DNA of 62,912 nt, counting the filler, from Squatina squatina (Eukaryota), in the NCBI GenBank assembly GCA_031763465.1. It is 4 parts of 4 records of this genome, joined end to end, with 100 filler letters (N's around TTAATTAATTAA, not from the genome) between each part and the next. Parts side by side here need not be neighbours in the genome. Positions count along the whole stretch, not along the records: positions 14,620 to 35,955 come from JARFOE010000192.1; positions 36,056 to 48,574 come from JARFOE010000004.1; 2 more parts are not named here. One strand, written 5' to 3'. This document shows, piece after piece, positions 25,240-36,290 of the stretch (its first letter is position 1; the number at the start of each line of letters is the position of its first letter). The notes under the pieces are model-generated. The model did no database searches. It worked only from the letters and a program-made list of their open reading frames with translations, and had not been told where the DNA came from. Made by a program: the position numbers and the translations under genes.

Positions 25240-25620
25240 TCCTGGGACGTGGGTGTCACTGGCAAGGTCAGCATTTATTGCCCATCCCCAGTTGCCCTTG
25301 AGAAGGTGATGATGAGTTGCCTTCTTGAACTGCTGCAGTTGTTTTCAACTGAGTGGCTTGCTTGGCCATTTCAGAGTCAACCACATTGCTGTGGGTCTGG
25401 AGTGACATGTAGGCCAGACGATTCCCTTCCCTAAAGGACATTAGTGAACCAGATGGGTTTTTATAACTACCTGGTAGTTTCCATGAGTACTAGCTTTTTG
25501 TCCCAGATTTATTTAATTAATTGAATTTAAATTTGCAGCTGCTGTGGTGGGATTTGAACTCCTGTCTCCAGATCATTAGTCCAGGCCTCTGGATTACTAG
25601 ATAACACAACCACTATGTGC
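25240..25620 (-). mobile_element. tRNA-derived SINE with CR1-derived 3' tail
   Basis: Minus-strand head GCACATAGTGGTTG...GGAGTTCAAATCCCACCACAGCAGC is A/B-box-like. The 3' end matches the LINE tail at 1457-1560. Confidence 0.7.
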
Positions 25621-25929
25621 TGCTTAAGATCAGCAGGGCCTCCGCGTCCCCGACCATTTCCGGGTGCGGCATCCGCTACCGGGCTCCCGCACATCGCTCC
25701 CACGCCCAGCCCTGTAAAAATCGAGGGCTTGGTGCCAGTGGCTACACTGTAATTTACTGATATGGCAGTCACTACACAGCAAAAGTAATTCATTATCCGA
25801 AGCCCTTCGAGGTGATTTGGCAACGGGGTTAACGTGTGGGTTATAACAATGGCTTGTGGAAGTCCAGATGTTTCCAGCATAACCTAGAGAATCTGTCACT
25901 TTCAGCTGGTTAACTAACTGAAATTCTTA

Positions 25930-26107
25930 TTTAACCCGTTAAACCGAGACTCCCGTCTGCCCTCTGAGGCGGACATATAAGATTCAACAGCACTGTCTGA
26001 AGAAGAGCAGATGAGTTCTTCCTGGTGTTGTGGCCAATATAACCAACACCTAAAACAGATTAACTGGTTGTTGATCTCATTGCCGTTTGTGGGATCTTGC
26101 TGTGTGC
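25930..26107 (+). mobile_element. Deu-SINE core fragment
   Basis: GAAGAAGAGCAG..GAGTTCT..CTGGTGT..TGGCCAATAT...CATTGCCGTTTGTGGGATCTTGCTGTGTGC. Confidence 0.7.
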
Positions 26108-28498
26108 NNNNNNNNNNNNNNNNNNNNNNNNNNNNNNNNNNNNNNNNNNNNNNNNNNNNNNNNNNNNNNNNNNNNNNNNNNNNNNNNNNNNNNNNNNNNN
26201 NNNNNNNCAAAGATAGCTTCCATCCCATTATTTTGGGATACCATGGCTCTAAATTTGAAAGACCAGAGTCCAACACAACACAGCACCCAGTCTAATGAAA
26301 AAGAAATCAATTATTTAAAAAGAGAAAGTGGGTGCATTGGGAGTTTGAGTCCTGAATGTTCATATTTTCACTTCACTTAAAGGTTCTATGAGAGTTTCAC
26401 CAGATTTCAGAAATACTCATCAGTGTGAACAAATAATTGCACATTTTTCTAGATAAGATCTTGTATTTCACAGTACTGAGTAATGTATCTTCATTTTCAA
26501 ATTGCAAATGAATCACACTTAAATAGGTTCTATGCCTAATATCTTAATACAGTCAAGCCCACTTAAATGAATAACTGAAAAAAGAATAAAATGTTTAAGA
26601 GAATGAAACCTCCACGCATAAATCCCTTTCGTATCTATTCCAATGATAGCTGCCCCTGTTAAATGAATAACTTGAATTAATAAAATGTTGAAATGAATTG
26701 CAAAATTCATTTAGATGTTGTACTGCCTCACTGAAGCCAATGTGTTAAGCTCATTATGCCAATCAGCGTGTTAAGCTCTTTTTACAAGTGTTTTTGTCTC
26801 GGTGTGAAAATTGCCTCGTAACCAATTAAGTGATTTTTCAGTCTTTTTCACCTCATCAAGTGCTGGGGCTCAAGGACTTTTGGAAATCAGTGTGACAACT
26901 GCCTTTGTTTAGATTTGAAAACCACCTGATCAGGTACTAATGCTGAAGATTTGTGATACTTACACCTTAACATTATTTTAGCGACGTACANNNNNNNNNN
27001 NNNNNNNNNNNNNNNNNNNNNNNNNNNNNNNNNNNNNNNNNNNNNNNNNNNNNNNNNNNNNNNNNNNNNNNNNNNNNNNNNNNNNNNNNNCTGCAATTCA
27101 CTGCGGTTTCCAGAACCTGTCCCAACAGGGGGGAAAAAAAGCCAGGTAAATTGAATTTTGTATAGATTTAAAATGGGAAAACCATGACTGTGGAGTAGCA
27201 GCATGAAATGTAACATACTCTTCTGGCTCAGAAAATGATCTGTTGAATAAAATATTTAAAGCTTTGCAACTGCAGGGGAATATGGTGGATCACATGCCCT
27301 AATTGAATCTATATTGTTTTAAGAAATAATACAGCGAGTGCTGGTATTATATATGATCCCAATAGTGGAATGATAACTTAAAACTGTGAATTACCCAATT
27401 CCATTTTGTAGAACTGCAGTGAAATATATTAATTTTCTCAATATTGATTCTTTTATTTAGTTAATTTCCATGCATCTCTTGGGTTTTGAGGAAGGTCATT
27501 TTACAATCTTGAGCTGATGGTTTTACCAATATTAATTTTCCCATTCTACTTCGCCTATCATGGTTAGTTGCTCATTCAAATAACTTCTGTAAAACAGCAA
27601 ACCGACTGCACTGAAACCCATATTCTAGCTTGGTTTACAGCAGCAAAACCTTTATAAATGAGTTTTAGAATATTTTCCAACAAAATGTTCTTTAGATAAT
27701 AAATAACTTCTCTTCCCGCACCCCCCCCCCCCCAGGTAAAGGCATGAACCATTAATATCTAGGTATCAATTATATGCTTCTAGTCATTTATCTTGGTGAA
27801 CTGTGTTAGGATCAACAACTTGAAATTGAAAATATGCAGTGCTATTTATTAACCATTTCCTTTTTTCTTAAAAAAGAAATCTTGGACATGTGTTGGTTAG
27901 GATTCATCAAGGGAGGTTCTACTGAGGTTCTCTTTTACAGGGAAGGGATTTGGAGAACTTCATTAAATGTTTTATTTACTGAAAAACGCTCATACTGAAA
28001 ACAAAATATGTTGCATGTGTGCCAAGCTCCTGTACCAATTCCCACGCAATTAGGCTTTGCATTATTGCCAGACTGAGATTGCGGGCACACAGCCCGTTTC
28101 CAGATTCTGCTGCCAACAACTTTGTTGGTTGGGCAAGTGATGCAAAACAACATGCCCTCCTTTCATTGGGGGAAGTAGTCCCCTAAATGTCGTGACTGAG
28201 ATCAGATACTCACTGTGGGGAATTTCAGAAATCAAGATAAAGGAGAACATGTCCACACCCGTAACTCAGTGCGTTAATACACTTATGCAATGTGCTGCGT
28301 GTGGCACTTCAGCTTTCATTTTTTGCAGCAGTTATATAAAAAAACAATTGCAGAACAAGACTTGGTGCAAGTTTGGATATGGGCAGCAAAGTTTTGGANN
28401 NNNNNNNNNNNNNNNNNNNNNNNNNNNNNNNNNNNNNNNNNNNNNNNNNNNNNNNNNNNNNNNNNNNNNNNNNNNNNNNNNNNNNNNNNNNNNNNNNN

Positions 28499-28711
28499 TG
28501 GTGAATTAATGTGGGGTAGGGAGCGGGCTGGTGAAATACTGTGGGGTAGGGACCGGGCTGGTGAAATAATGTGGGGAAGGGATCGGGCTGGTGAAATAAT
28601 GCGGGGAAGGGATCGGGCTGGTGAGCTAATGCGGGGAAGGGATCGTGCTGGTGAGCTAATACGGGGAAGGGATCGGGCTGTGTGAAATAACGTGGGGAAG
28701 AGACCGGGCTC
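28499..28711. repeat. 30-bp G-rich minisatellite, ~7 visible units, continuing into gap
   Basis: Unit ~TGGTGAAATAATGTGGGGAAGGGATCGGGC. It explains the repetitive ORFs 28290..28685 and 28316..28792. Confidence 0.95.
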
Positions 28712-29126
28712 GCGGAGATGCTGCATCTGTTGTGGTGAAACTGTTTGAACTTTATTTTTAAAATTAGATCCTTGAAAAAAAAATTTGGCCAACTAGGCTC
28801 TTATCATTGTCAGGAATAACTCTGTTATAGGAAATATGCCCTTCAATCGCACGTTTAGCCCATTGTGGAAAATGTGTCCTTGAATCCGACATCTGCACCT
28901 TTGTGGATCGCTTACTGGTGTGGCTCAGATATGCTAAAGTGGCGAAAGGCCTGTTCACCACTAAATACTGGCTCGCTGTGTTTGCTTAAAAGCTATTAAT
29001 CTCTAGTCTCTTCCAGTTCTGACAAAAGGCCATCGACCAGCAACGTTAATATTTGAGAGTGAGAATTCTGTGTACACAATCTTAAGAAACTTAGAGAGTG
29101 GGAATGTGCAGGATCAGGAAAGAACT

Positions 29127-29510
29127 TTCTTCTTAAGCAGTCTCTCGGAGTTGAGAATGACTTCCTTCCTCCAGTATTGTGGGTTCTGAGGTGACTAAAT
29201 AGTTCAAAACTGTATCTACAAACACTGCCACAGTTGGGGCAGGTGGTGTTTGATGGGGCGAGTGGGTGGGATGCTCGGATTTTTGCACGCTCCTTCCGCT
29301 GCTTGTGCTTGGTCTCCATGTGCTCCTGCTGGAGAAGCTCGAAGTGGTTGGTGCCTTCGCAGATGCTTCTCCAGTTTGGGCGGTCTTGGGCCAGAATTAC
29401 CCATGAGATGGTGGGGATGCTACATTTTTTCAGGGAGACTTTGAGGACATCCTTGAAGCATTTCCTCTGCCCTCCTGGTAATCGCTTGCCGTGACAAAGC
29501 TCGGAGTAGC
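29127..29510 (-). mobile_element. RTE-clade LINE 3' end
   Basis: Minus strand GGQRKCFKDVLKVSLKKC...AQDRPNWR, then TCPNCGSVCRYSFELFSHLRTH, the C-terminal C2H2-like motif of RTE ORFs. Confidence 0.8.
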
Positions 29511-29812
29511 GTAGTCTCAGAATAAGGGGCCGCCCATTTAAGACCGAGATGAGGAGGAATTTCTTCTGAGGGTTGTGAATCTTTGGAATTCTTTACCCCA
29601 GAGAGCTGTGGATGCTGAGTAATTGAATATATTCAAGGCTGAGATAGGCAGAATTTTGATCAGCAAGGGAATCAAGGGTTATGGGGACAAGGCAGGAAAG
29701 TGGAGCTGAGGCGATTATCAAATCAGCCATGATCTCGTTGAATGGTGGAGCAGGCTCGAGGGGCCGAATGGCCGACTCCTGTTCCTGTTTCTTATGGTCA
29801 TATTCTTATGGT
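29511..29812 (+). mobile_element. CR1 LINE 3' end with tail
   Basis: SLRIRGRPFKTEMRRNFF and RVVNLWNSLPQRAV, then 3' UTR GATCTCGTTGAATGGTGGAGCAGGCTCGAGGGGCCGAATGGCC with terminal TTCTTATGGT repeats. Confidence 0.88.
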
Positions 29813-32800
29813 AACCTGCCTCTTGAATAACTGCATTTATTATGAGAAAATTTGCTAGAGGGGTACATTCATTGATTTTTCCCCCTCCCCTTTTTAAGGT
29901 TGTGTGTACACAAATGTTCATTAATTGTAAATAGATAATGACGAACATATGGATATTCTCCAAACTTTTGTTGCCTTCAGGGTGAAAGCTGTGATAAATG
30001 TTTCCCAGTATTCCTTGACCTCCAGCCTCAGTGTTTAATCAGTATATATTAATGTATTAATGAGAACACTAGACATTTCAGTAGGAATTATCATCTTATT
30101 GTGATGTACAATTTAAAAAAATGGTAATTGCATTTTATTTTTTAGTTGAGTGAAATTTTCATGTAATATTTCCTATCATTGTTCTAAAATTGACTTCAGG
30201 AAATAATAATCACCAAAAAAAAGAAAAACTGTAATTTGCAATTTTTCAGATGTGGTTAGCCTCTAATTGGTTTGCAGCCTGTTTGACAGGTCTTGACTGA
30301 TGGCTGGTGATTAACTGTAAACCTTACTAATAAAATAAGAGACTCATAATTGACAGCTGACTAAACAAATGACTGGACAGATTTCTAGTCTCCCAAAGCG
30401 ATACTTGAGGTAATTGTCAGCCTAGCTTGTTCGTCATGAGGTACATTTAACTATATTTTGCTTTGACAATGACAATTTTGAGTGGAAAAGTTGTCAGTTC
30501 TTGGCTCTAATATAATTAGCCCTGCTATTTAACTTTCATATTTTCAAAATTTGTTTCTCAAACGCACCTACTGATTGCTTGAAGTTGTGTGTTTTGTGAA
30601 TTGGGTGGTCTATTTTTAGAAATTGTTTTAACAGTTCATTCTTAAGCTTGTAGCAATGACTGTACTGGGATCAGATAAATTCCTAGCTAATTTAGGTATA
30701 AAGAAATTAAGCTTAGCTGTCAGCACGAGTTGTTGGACATCTTGCTACTAATGATGTAGCTTGGGCTAATGTAAAAGTTTCATCGTGTAATTGGGTATGA
30801 TACAGTCAGGCAATTTGGAGTGGACCAACTTGGGAGATTTCTATTACATTTCATATGAATTTAGATAAGGTATTTTGATCTAAAGATATTTTCAGCTAGG
30901 AATCCCTTTGTCTCTGATGGGAAGGGGGAGGAGTGGCCAATACATCTAACAATCTCGACTCATCAGCATATTCAAAAAGAGAGATTTGTTTTGTTGCCCA
31001 TACCTGTATTTCAAAATNNNNNNNNNNNNNNNNNNNNNNNNNNNNNNNNNNNNNNNNNNNNNNNNNNNNNNNNNNNNNNNNNNNNNNNNNNNNNNNNNNN
31101 NNNNNNNNNNNNNNNNNCCTGTATTTCAAAATTTGCTGGTGAAGGCAATTTCTCTTTGAAATGATAACGTAAATAGAATGCATAGAAATGATGACGTCAA
31201 AACAGGCCATTCATCCCAACCAGGCCATGTCAGCGTTTACCCTCCACACAAGCACAACATATACGGGTCCACAGACTGGTAATAAACAAACTCATTACCT
31301 CTGATGGCTGGACAATCAAGGGGAATGTTTGAGAATAAAAGGAAGTTAATATTTCAACGTTAACAACTCACCTCATAAAAACAATATGAACCCTGTTCAA
31401 CTCTGGTTGCGGTTTATTCTTCAAAGCGAGGGCTGTGACATGAAAGACTTCTCTTTGGCATAAACTGCCGCTCTGTCTGCTCAGTTTTAGTTTAGTTCTG
31501 CACTGACATCTCTACTTCATTAACTTTGCATTGCACATATAACAGATTGCCTTGTGCAGATCTATGAATGCCTCACCACAATGAGTTGCATAGCTACTTA
31601 TGGTAATCGCCATTTTGCTGTGAAAGAGTCATGTATATATGATTTACAATGTTTGAATACTTTTACTGGCATTTAATTTTGAGTGGTTGCTTTTTTTGAG
31701 TCATTTCCCCAAAAGGAGAAGCAAAGTTAATACTTAGTCATGTGACATTTATCACTGTGTTGTTCGGTTACTGCAGTGTTACATGGCTGAAATATATCAG
31801 GGTGCTTCTTGTGTTTATGTTGTCTTGGTGCAATATGTGTCCTGCAGAGAGATATGCCAGTGATTGATTGAATTTATTTTATTTATCTGTCACTTTGCAT
31901 CATTACTGTTTCTTGAAGCTAGCAGATATATTGTGTAACTTTCTGTAGTACCACTGCTCTTCCATTATGCAGCAAACGACCCACCGGAAGCATTCACTTT
32001 GTGACACTGCAGCTAGGAAGTGCAATTCCATAAGATTGTTATTTCTTCTTCTCTTGCCACCTCCCACTCCTTCGATTCACTCCTGTACTGTATCAACAAT
32101 GGGGCAATATCTGAAACGCAGCTGTGTTATTGGATAGCTGCCATGGAATAATGGAAGATGGAAAAAACAAATAGCCCCTTGAGATTTAGTGGAAGACGTT
32201 GAATGGTGTATTGCTGAACACTGATGAAATCTTTCATTGCAGGCAGGAACAGTATATTTTCATACAACACTGCCATTTTAGTAATCCCTGTGAAATGTTA
32301 TTCTGAGTAGAATTTTCTGTAAGACATGCATAACTCCTGTGCATGCTACAAGGAGGTATAATGAAGGAAATAAGAACATTACTTAGTGGATGCTGTGCTA
32401 CAGCATTTTAAAGTGCACAAGAAAATCTTAATACAGCTTTACACATGCAGGAGCACGCACCTTAAATTACTTTCTGCTCCCTGTAGACATGCAGCAGATG
32501 AGAATAAATTAATTAAATGTTTTCAAAATCAGTAACTTATTAGAGAATCTATTTCTTTACACAGTATGAGCGTTTGACATTGTCTTTTTGGGAAGTATTC
32601 CATTTCAGAGGAAAGTGTTTNNNNNNNNNNNNNNNNNNNNNNNNNNNNNNNNNNNNNNNNNNNNNNNNNNNNNNNNNNNNNNNNNNNNNNNNNNNNNNNN
32701 NNNNNNNNNNNNNNNNNNNNGTCAAAGGTTTTGTGCACTTTTGTTCCCTTACATAAGACCTTTTGTTCAAGGTCAAATGAATTGTTAACTACATAGTTAT

Positions 32801-33060
32801 AAAAAGGCTACTCTAACAGTTTTAACTTTCTTCCTCCTTTTTATTCCTTCTCTTCCTCTCTTTTTCCCACCCCCCAAAGATGTTGAGGTTTTTTTTAATG
32901 GGAGGGGGCTTGCTCTGTCGCTCCTAGTACGTCTCCACTACCTTGCTGAAGTGATCATCTTTCATGTGAACATAGACAAGTGAGGGTCGGCAGGCTATTT
33001 AACTACAGCAGGTATCACACATTAGCCAGATTCTATCCTCACCTGATGAGCACTCCCAGC

Positions 33061-33225
33061 CAATGTTTCAACTAAGTTGCGTGGCCGAGTAGCAGTCTGG
33101 AGGTCCCACGCAAGCCGTTCCCAGGCTTTTCAATGGAAATAACTGCGAATGCGTGAAAAATTGAATGGGTCGCGCAGCCACTTAAACAGCCTGCGCACCA
33201 AAAAAAAAAATTACAGGGAACATTG
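33061..33225. mobile_element. Small hAT-like MITE inserted in another repeat
   Basis: TIRs CAATGTTTCAACTAA and TTACAGGGAACATTG. Flanks CTCCCAGC and TTTCCAGT look like an aged 8-bp TSD (three C/T differences). Confidence 0.55.
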
Positions 33226-33354
33226 TTTCCAGTATAGGTTGCTGGATAGTGATCGGTTCTGGGAGCCCTGTCGGGTGTTGCTTTCCCTTTGCTAATTTAG
33301 TTGAATGAAGATGTAGCATCCCAAATGGCATCCCTATTTATTTAAAATAAAAAA

Positions 33355-33702
33355 TGGGATATATTAAATATCCTAATCAAACTCAAGTGGATTGCATCTA
33401 CGCATTTTAAAAGAATCTGGGGAAGAGATAGGAGAGGCATTACTGCACATATTTAAAAATTCGTTAGAAAAAATTGTTGTGCCAGAGGACTAGTGAATAG
33501 CCAAGGTAATACCTATATTTAAGAAGTGGGACAGAACACGTCCAGGGAATTATAGCTTAACATCGGTGGTAGGAAAAATGATGGAATCCCTACTAAAGTA
33601 GAAAATACAAGAACATCCAGAAACCAAAAGTATAATAATTAGTAGTTGTCGTGGATTTCAAAAAGGAAAGTCTTGCTTTACCAACCTTTTTGAATTTTTT
33701 GA
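33355..33702 (+). mobile_element. CR1 ORF2 RT N-terminal fragment (degenerate)
   Basis: RILKESGEEIGEALLHIFKNSLEKIVVPED*..AKVIPIFKK.DRTRPGNYSLTSVVGKMMESLLK, then GFQKGKSCFTNLFEFF. Confidence 0.85.
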
Positions 33703-33802
33703 NNNNNNNNNNNNNNNNNNNNNNNNNNNNNNNNNNNNNNNNNNNNNNNNNNNNNNNNNNNNNNNNNNNNNNNNNNNNNNNNNNNNNNNNNNNNNNNNNN
33801 NN

Positions 33803-34140
33803 TCGCCCATCTCTAGGTGCCCTGAGAAGGAGACAGTGAGTCATCTTCTTGAGCAGCTAACGGCTTGATACGACTGGATGGCTAGCTTTAGAGGGCACTG
33901 AGGAGTAAACCATATTGGTGTGGGTCTGGAGTCTCATATAGGCCAGACTGGATAAGAACGACAGGTTTCCTTAACTAAAAGACATTAGCGAACCATTTAA
34001 GCTTTTATAAAAAATCTGGCAGCTTTATCATCACATTTACTGACAGCAGCTTTTTATTTCCAGGTTTTAAAAGTTGAATTCAAAGTCTCAAACTGCCATG
34101 GCGGGATTTGAACTCTCATTCTCTCCAGACCACCACACTT
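33803..34140 (-). mobile_element. tRNA-derived SINE with CR1-type tail (same family as 25240-25620)
   Basis: Shared blocks TGTGGGTCTGGAGTC.CAT.TAGGCCAGAC, GACATTAG.GAACCA and GGGATTTGAACTC. Confidence 0.65.
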
Positions 34141-34448
34141 ATGTACACTCATTTTTAAAAGATGTCAAATGACTCCAGAAAATTTCACATTAGGAATATT
34201 CGAATAAACTGGTTCCTAAAGTTCTTTAAAAATCAATATTGTATCTCATTCTAGTATTTTTGAGTTGATCTTTTTCATCCTTATCAAAATTTATTTTGGA
34301 TGAGTGGCTTGGTAATTGGGACTTTGAAAGTATGAATTTCACTGAAATTATTTTAGCTGCTTCTGCCAAAAGGTTTCCCATTTCCATTGCCTTGAATCTG
34401 TGTATGTGAACGTTTAACCTCTCATAGCAACTTAAAATTTAGGTCATT

Positions 34449-35186
34449 TGGGGCAAACTATTTGGTGCTGGGCACTTCTGGGGTGGTGGCAGGTGGGAGC
34501 GATTTTCCCCGGATACTTAGCCCATGTTTAGCGCAGGATGCCCTCTTGGTAAAGGAGTTGAAGCCTACGCTCAGAACAGCTGCCCGGAGGATCGTTAAGT
34601 AATTAATTGCCAATTAAATTGCCTGCTAGCATTCATTTAATGAGGCTACAAGGCATTTTAGTGGCTAACACTTGAACTAACGCCCTCTCCTAACAGCAAC
34701 CAGCTGATTGGGAGTAAACTAGCCATTGCAGAGGATTTTGAATGCTACTTAAAGGTACATCACATTTTACTGTTTCCTGGAGGTTTGAAGAGAACTTTTG
34801 AAAGACATCAGGAGACTTTCTGGCACACTTTGTCAAGAATTTAGCAACATTTATTCTGGAACTTCTCTGAAGACTTCACCTAAAAAATGTAGGTGCGGTG
34901 CCACTCCATCTTATTGGACACCTTATAGGAGTCACCAGAAGAAAGGTGCTGCTTTTTCATTGGCATCTTACAAGGGATCTCCCTTTGTCTGGAGGAGCAC
35001 ATGAGGCCAGGCAGAGCAGTACCAGCTGCTGTAGGAGATAAGGACAGGAAGGTGAGGTGGAGTCCTGCCCCCTTGCAGGTACAGGGCATCTCTCCTCTTC
35101 TGGATCCCCTTCAGGACCTCCAGTGCCGTGTCCGAGAACCCGTGCATCCTTTCCCTCGGTCCTTGAGCCATCGTGAAGTGTGCTGC
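34449..35186 (-). mobile_element. Harbinger-derived element carrying the start of a Myb/SANT-like ORF
   Basis: Minus ORF from 35171, MAQGPRERMHGFSDTALEVLKGIQKRRDALY, resembles the N-terminus of Harbinger Myb/SANT (trihelix) proteins (R...F+..ELE.L+..V..RR..L). Boundaries uncertain. Confidence 0.55.
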
Positions 35187-35955
35187 NNNNNNNNNNNNNN
35201 NNNNNNNNNNNNNNNNNNNNNNNNNNNNNNNNNNNNNNNNNNNNNNNNNNNNNNNNNNNNNNNNNNNNNNNNNNNNNNNNNNNNNNGTGTGAAAGTGGCT
35301 CAGGGATATAAAACTTTTTCAAACACTGATCAAAATCCCATTTTTTTTGTCCGAGAAACAGGAGGAAGGTTCATTGTATAAAACACTTTTAATCCATTCT
35401 ACGATGTATTTTAAATTTTACATTAAAAATGTGTTTCATTTACACTCATTAGTAGATGGAGTTTTCTATTTCATTCTGACTGAACATACATCCCATAAAC
35501 AATACATATCATCTCCTGTGGCGGAACCGGCTTTCGCTCCAGCTATAGTCACCTAGGAATAAAAAGCACTTCAGTTGGGGTTGAGGTAGACAAGTTGCTC
35601 CTCAATGCTCCTGCCAAACAGTTAGAATGGTGATTGACATACGGTATCAATAGACAATATTGTCTTCTATTACCATCCTCTATATGGGCTGCAGTCCTCA
35701 GATCATTACATACTCCCTCACATACACACTTCGAAGCATCAAAGATCATCCACACATTGCACAATTCATTTTTGGACTATTTTTAGACAATTCATAAAAT
35801 GTGATCATTTATATATAAAAATATTAAATCTTTTCAGTTGAAATCACATCTTGTTCAAGTTGTCTTATTGCTACTGGACATACTGTAAGGCACTGCAGTG
35901 TTACACTGTACTTAACCACAGAGCAGTGGAATGTGCTTTTGTGCCTGCTATCTCG

Positions 35956-36055
35956 NNNNNNNNNNNNNNNNNNNNNNNNNNNNNNNNNNNNNNNNNNNNT
36001 TAATTAATTAANNNNNNNNNNNNNNNNNNNNNNNNNNNNNNNNNNNNNNNNNNNN
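35956..36055. other. Artificial scaffold-joining linker N44-TTAATTAATTAA-N44
   Basis: 12-mer at 36000-36011. Confidence 0.95.
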
Positions 36056-36290
36056 ACCCCTATTTGTGCCGTTAGTTCATCTACCTTATTACGAATGCTT
36101 TGTGCATTAAGAGATACAAAGCCTTTAGGCTTAACTTTTTGCCATCTTTAATAATCTGAACTTTTTTTTGTACTGTGGCCCTATTTGCCTCTTGGAGTGC
36201 TTCAGAGTGTGAATGTGAGCCATTCACAAAATGCAAGTGAAGCAGAGTGCACAGTTCAGAGATAAATGATTTCTCTCTCATTGGTTCCAG

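Noticed and set aside
28290-28792. Repetitive peptides (GRDRAGEL / PARSLPRISS) and possible CRISPR-like array
   Set aside because: Simple 30-bp tandem units with no unique spacers, in a eukaryotic context.
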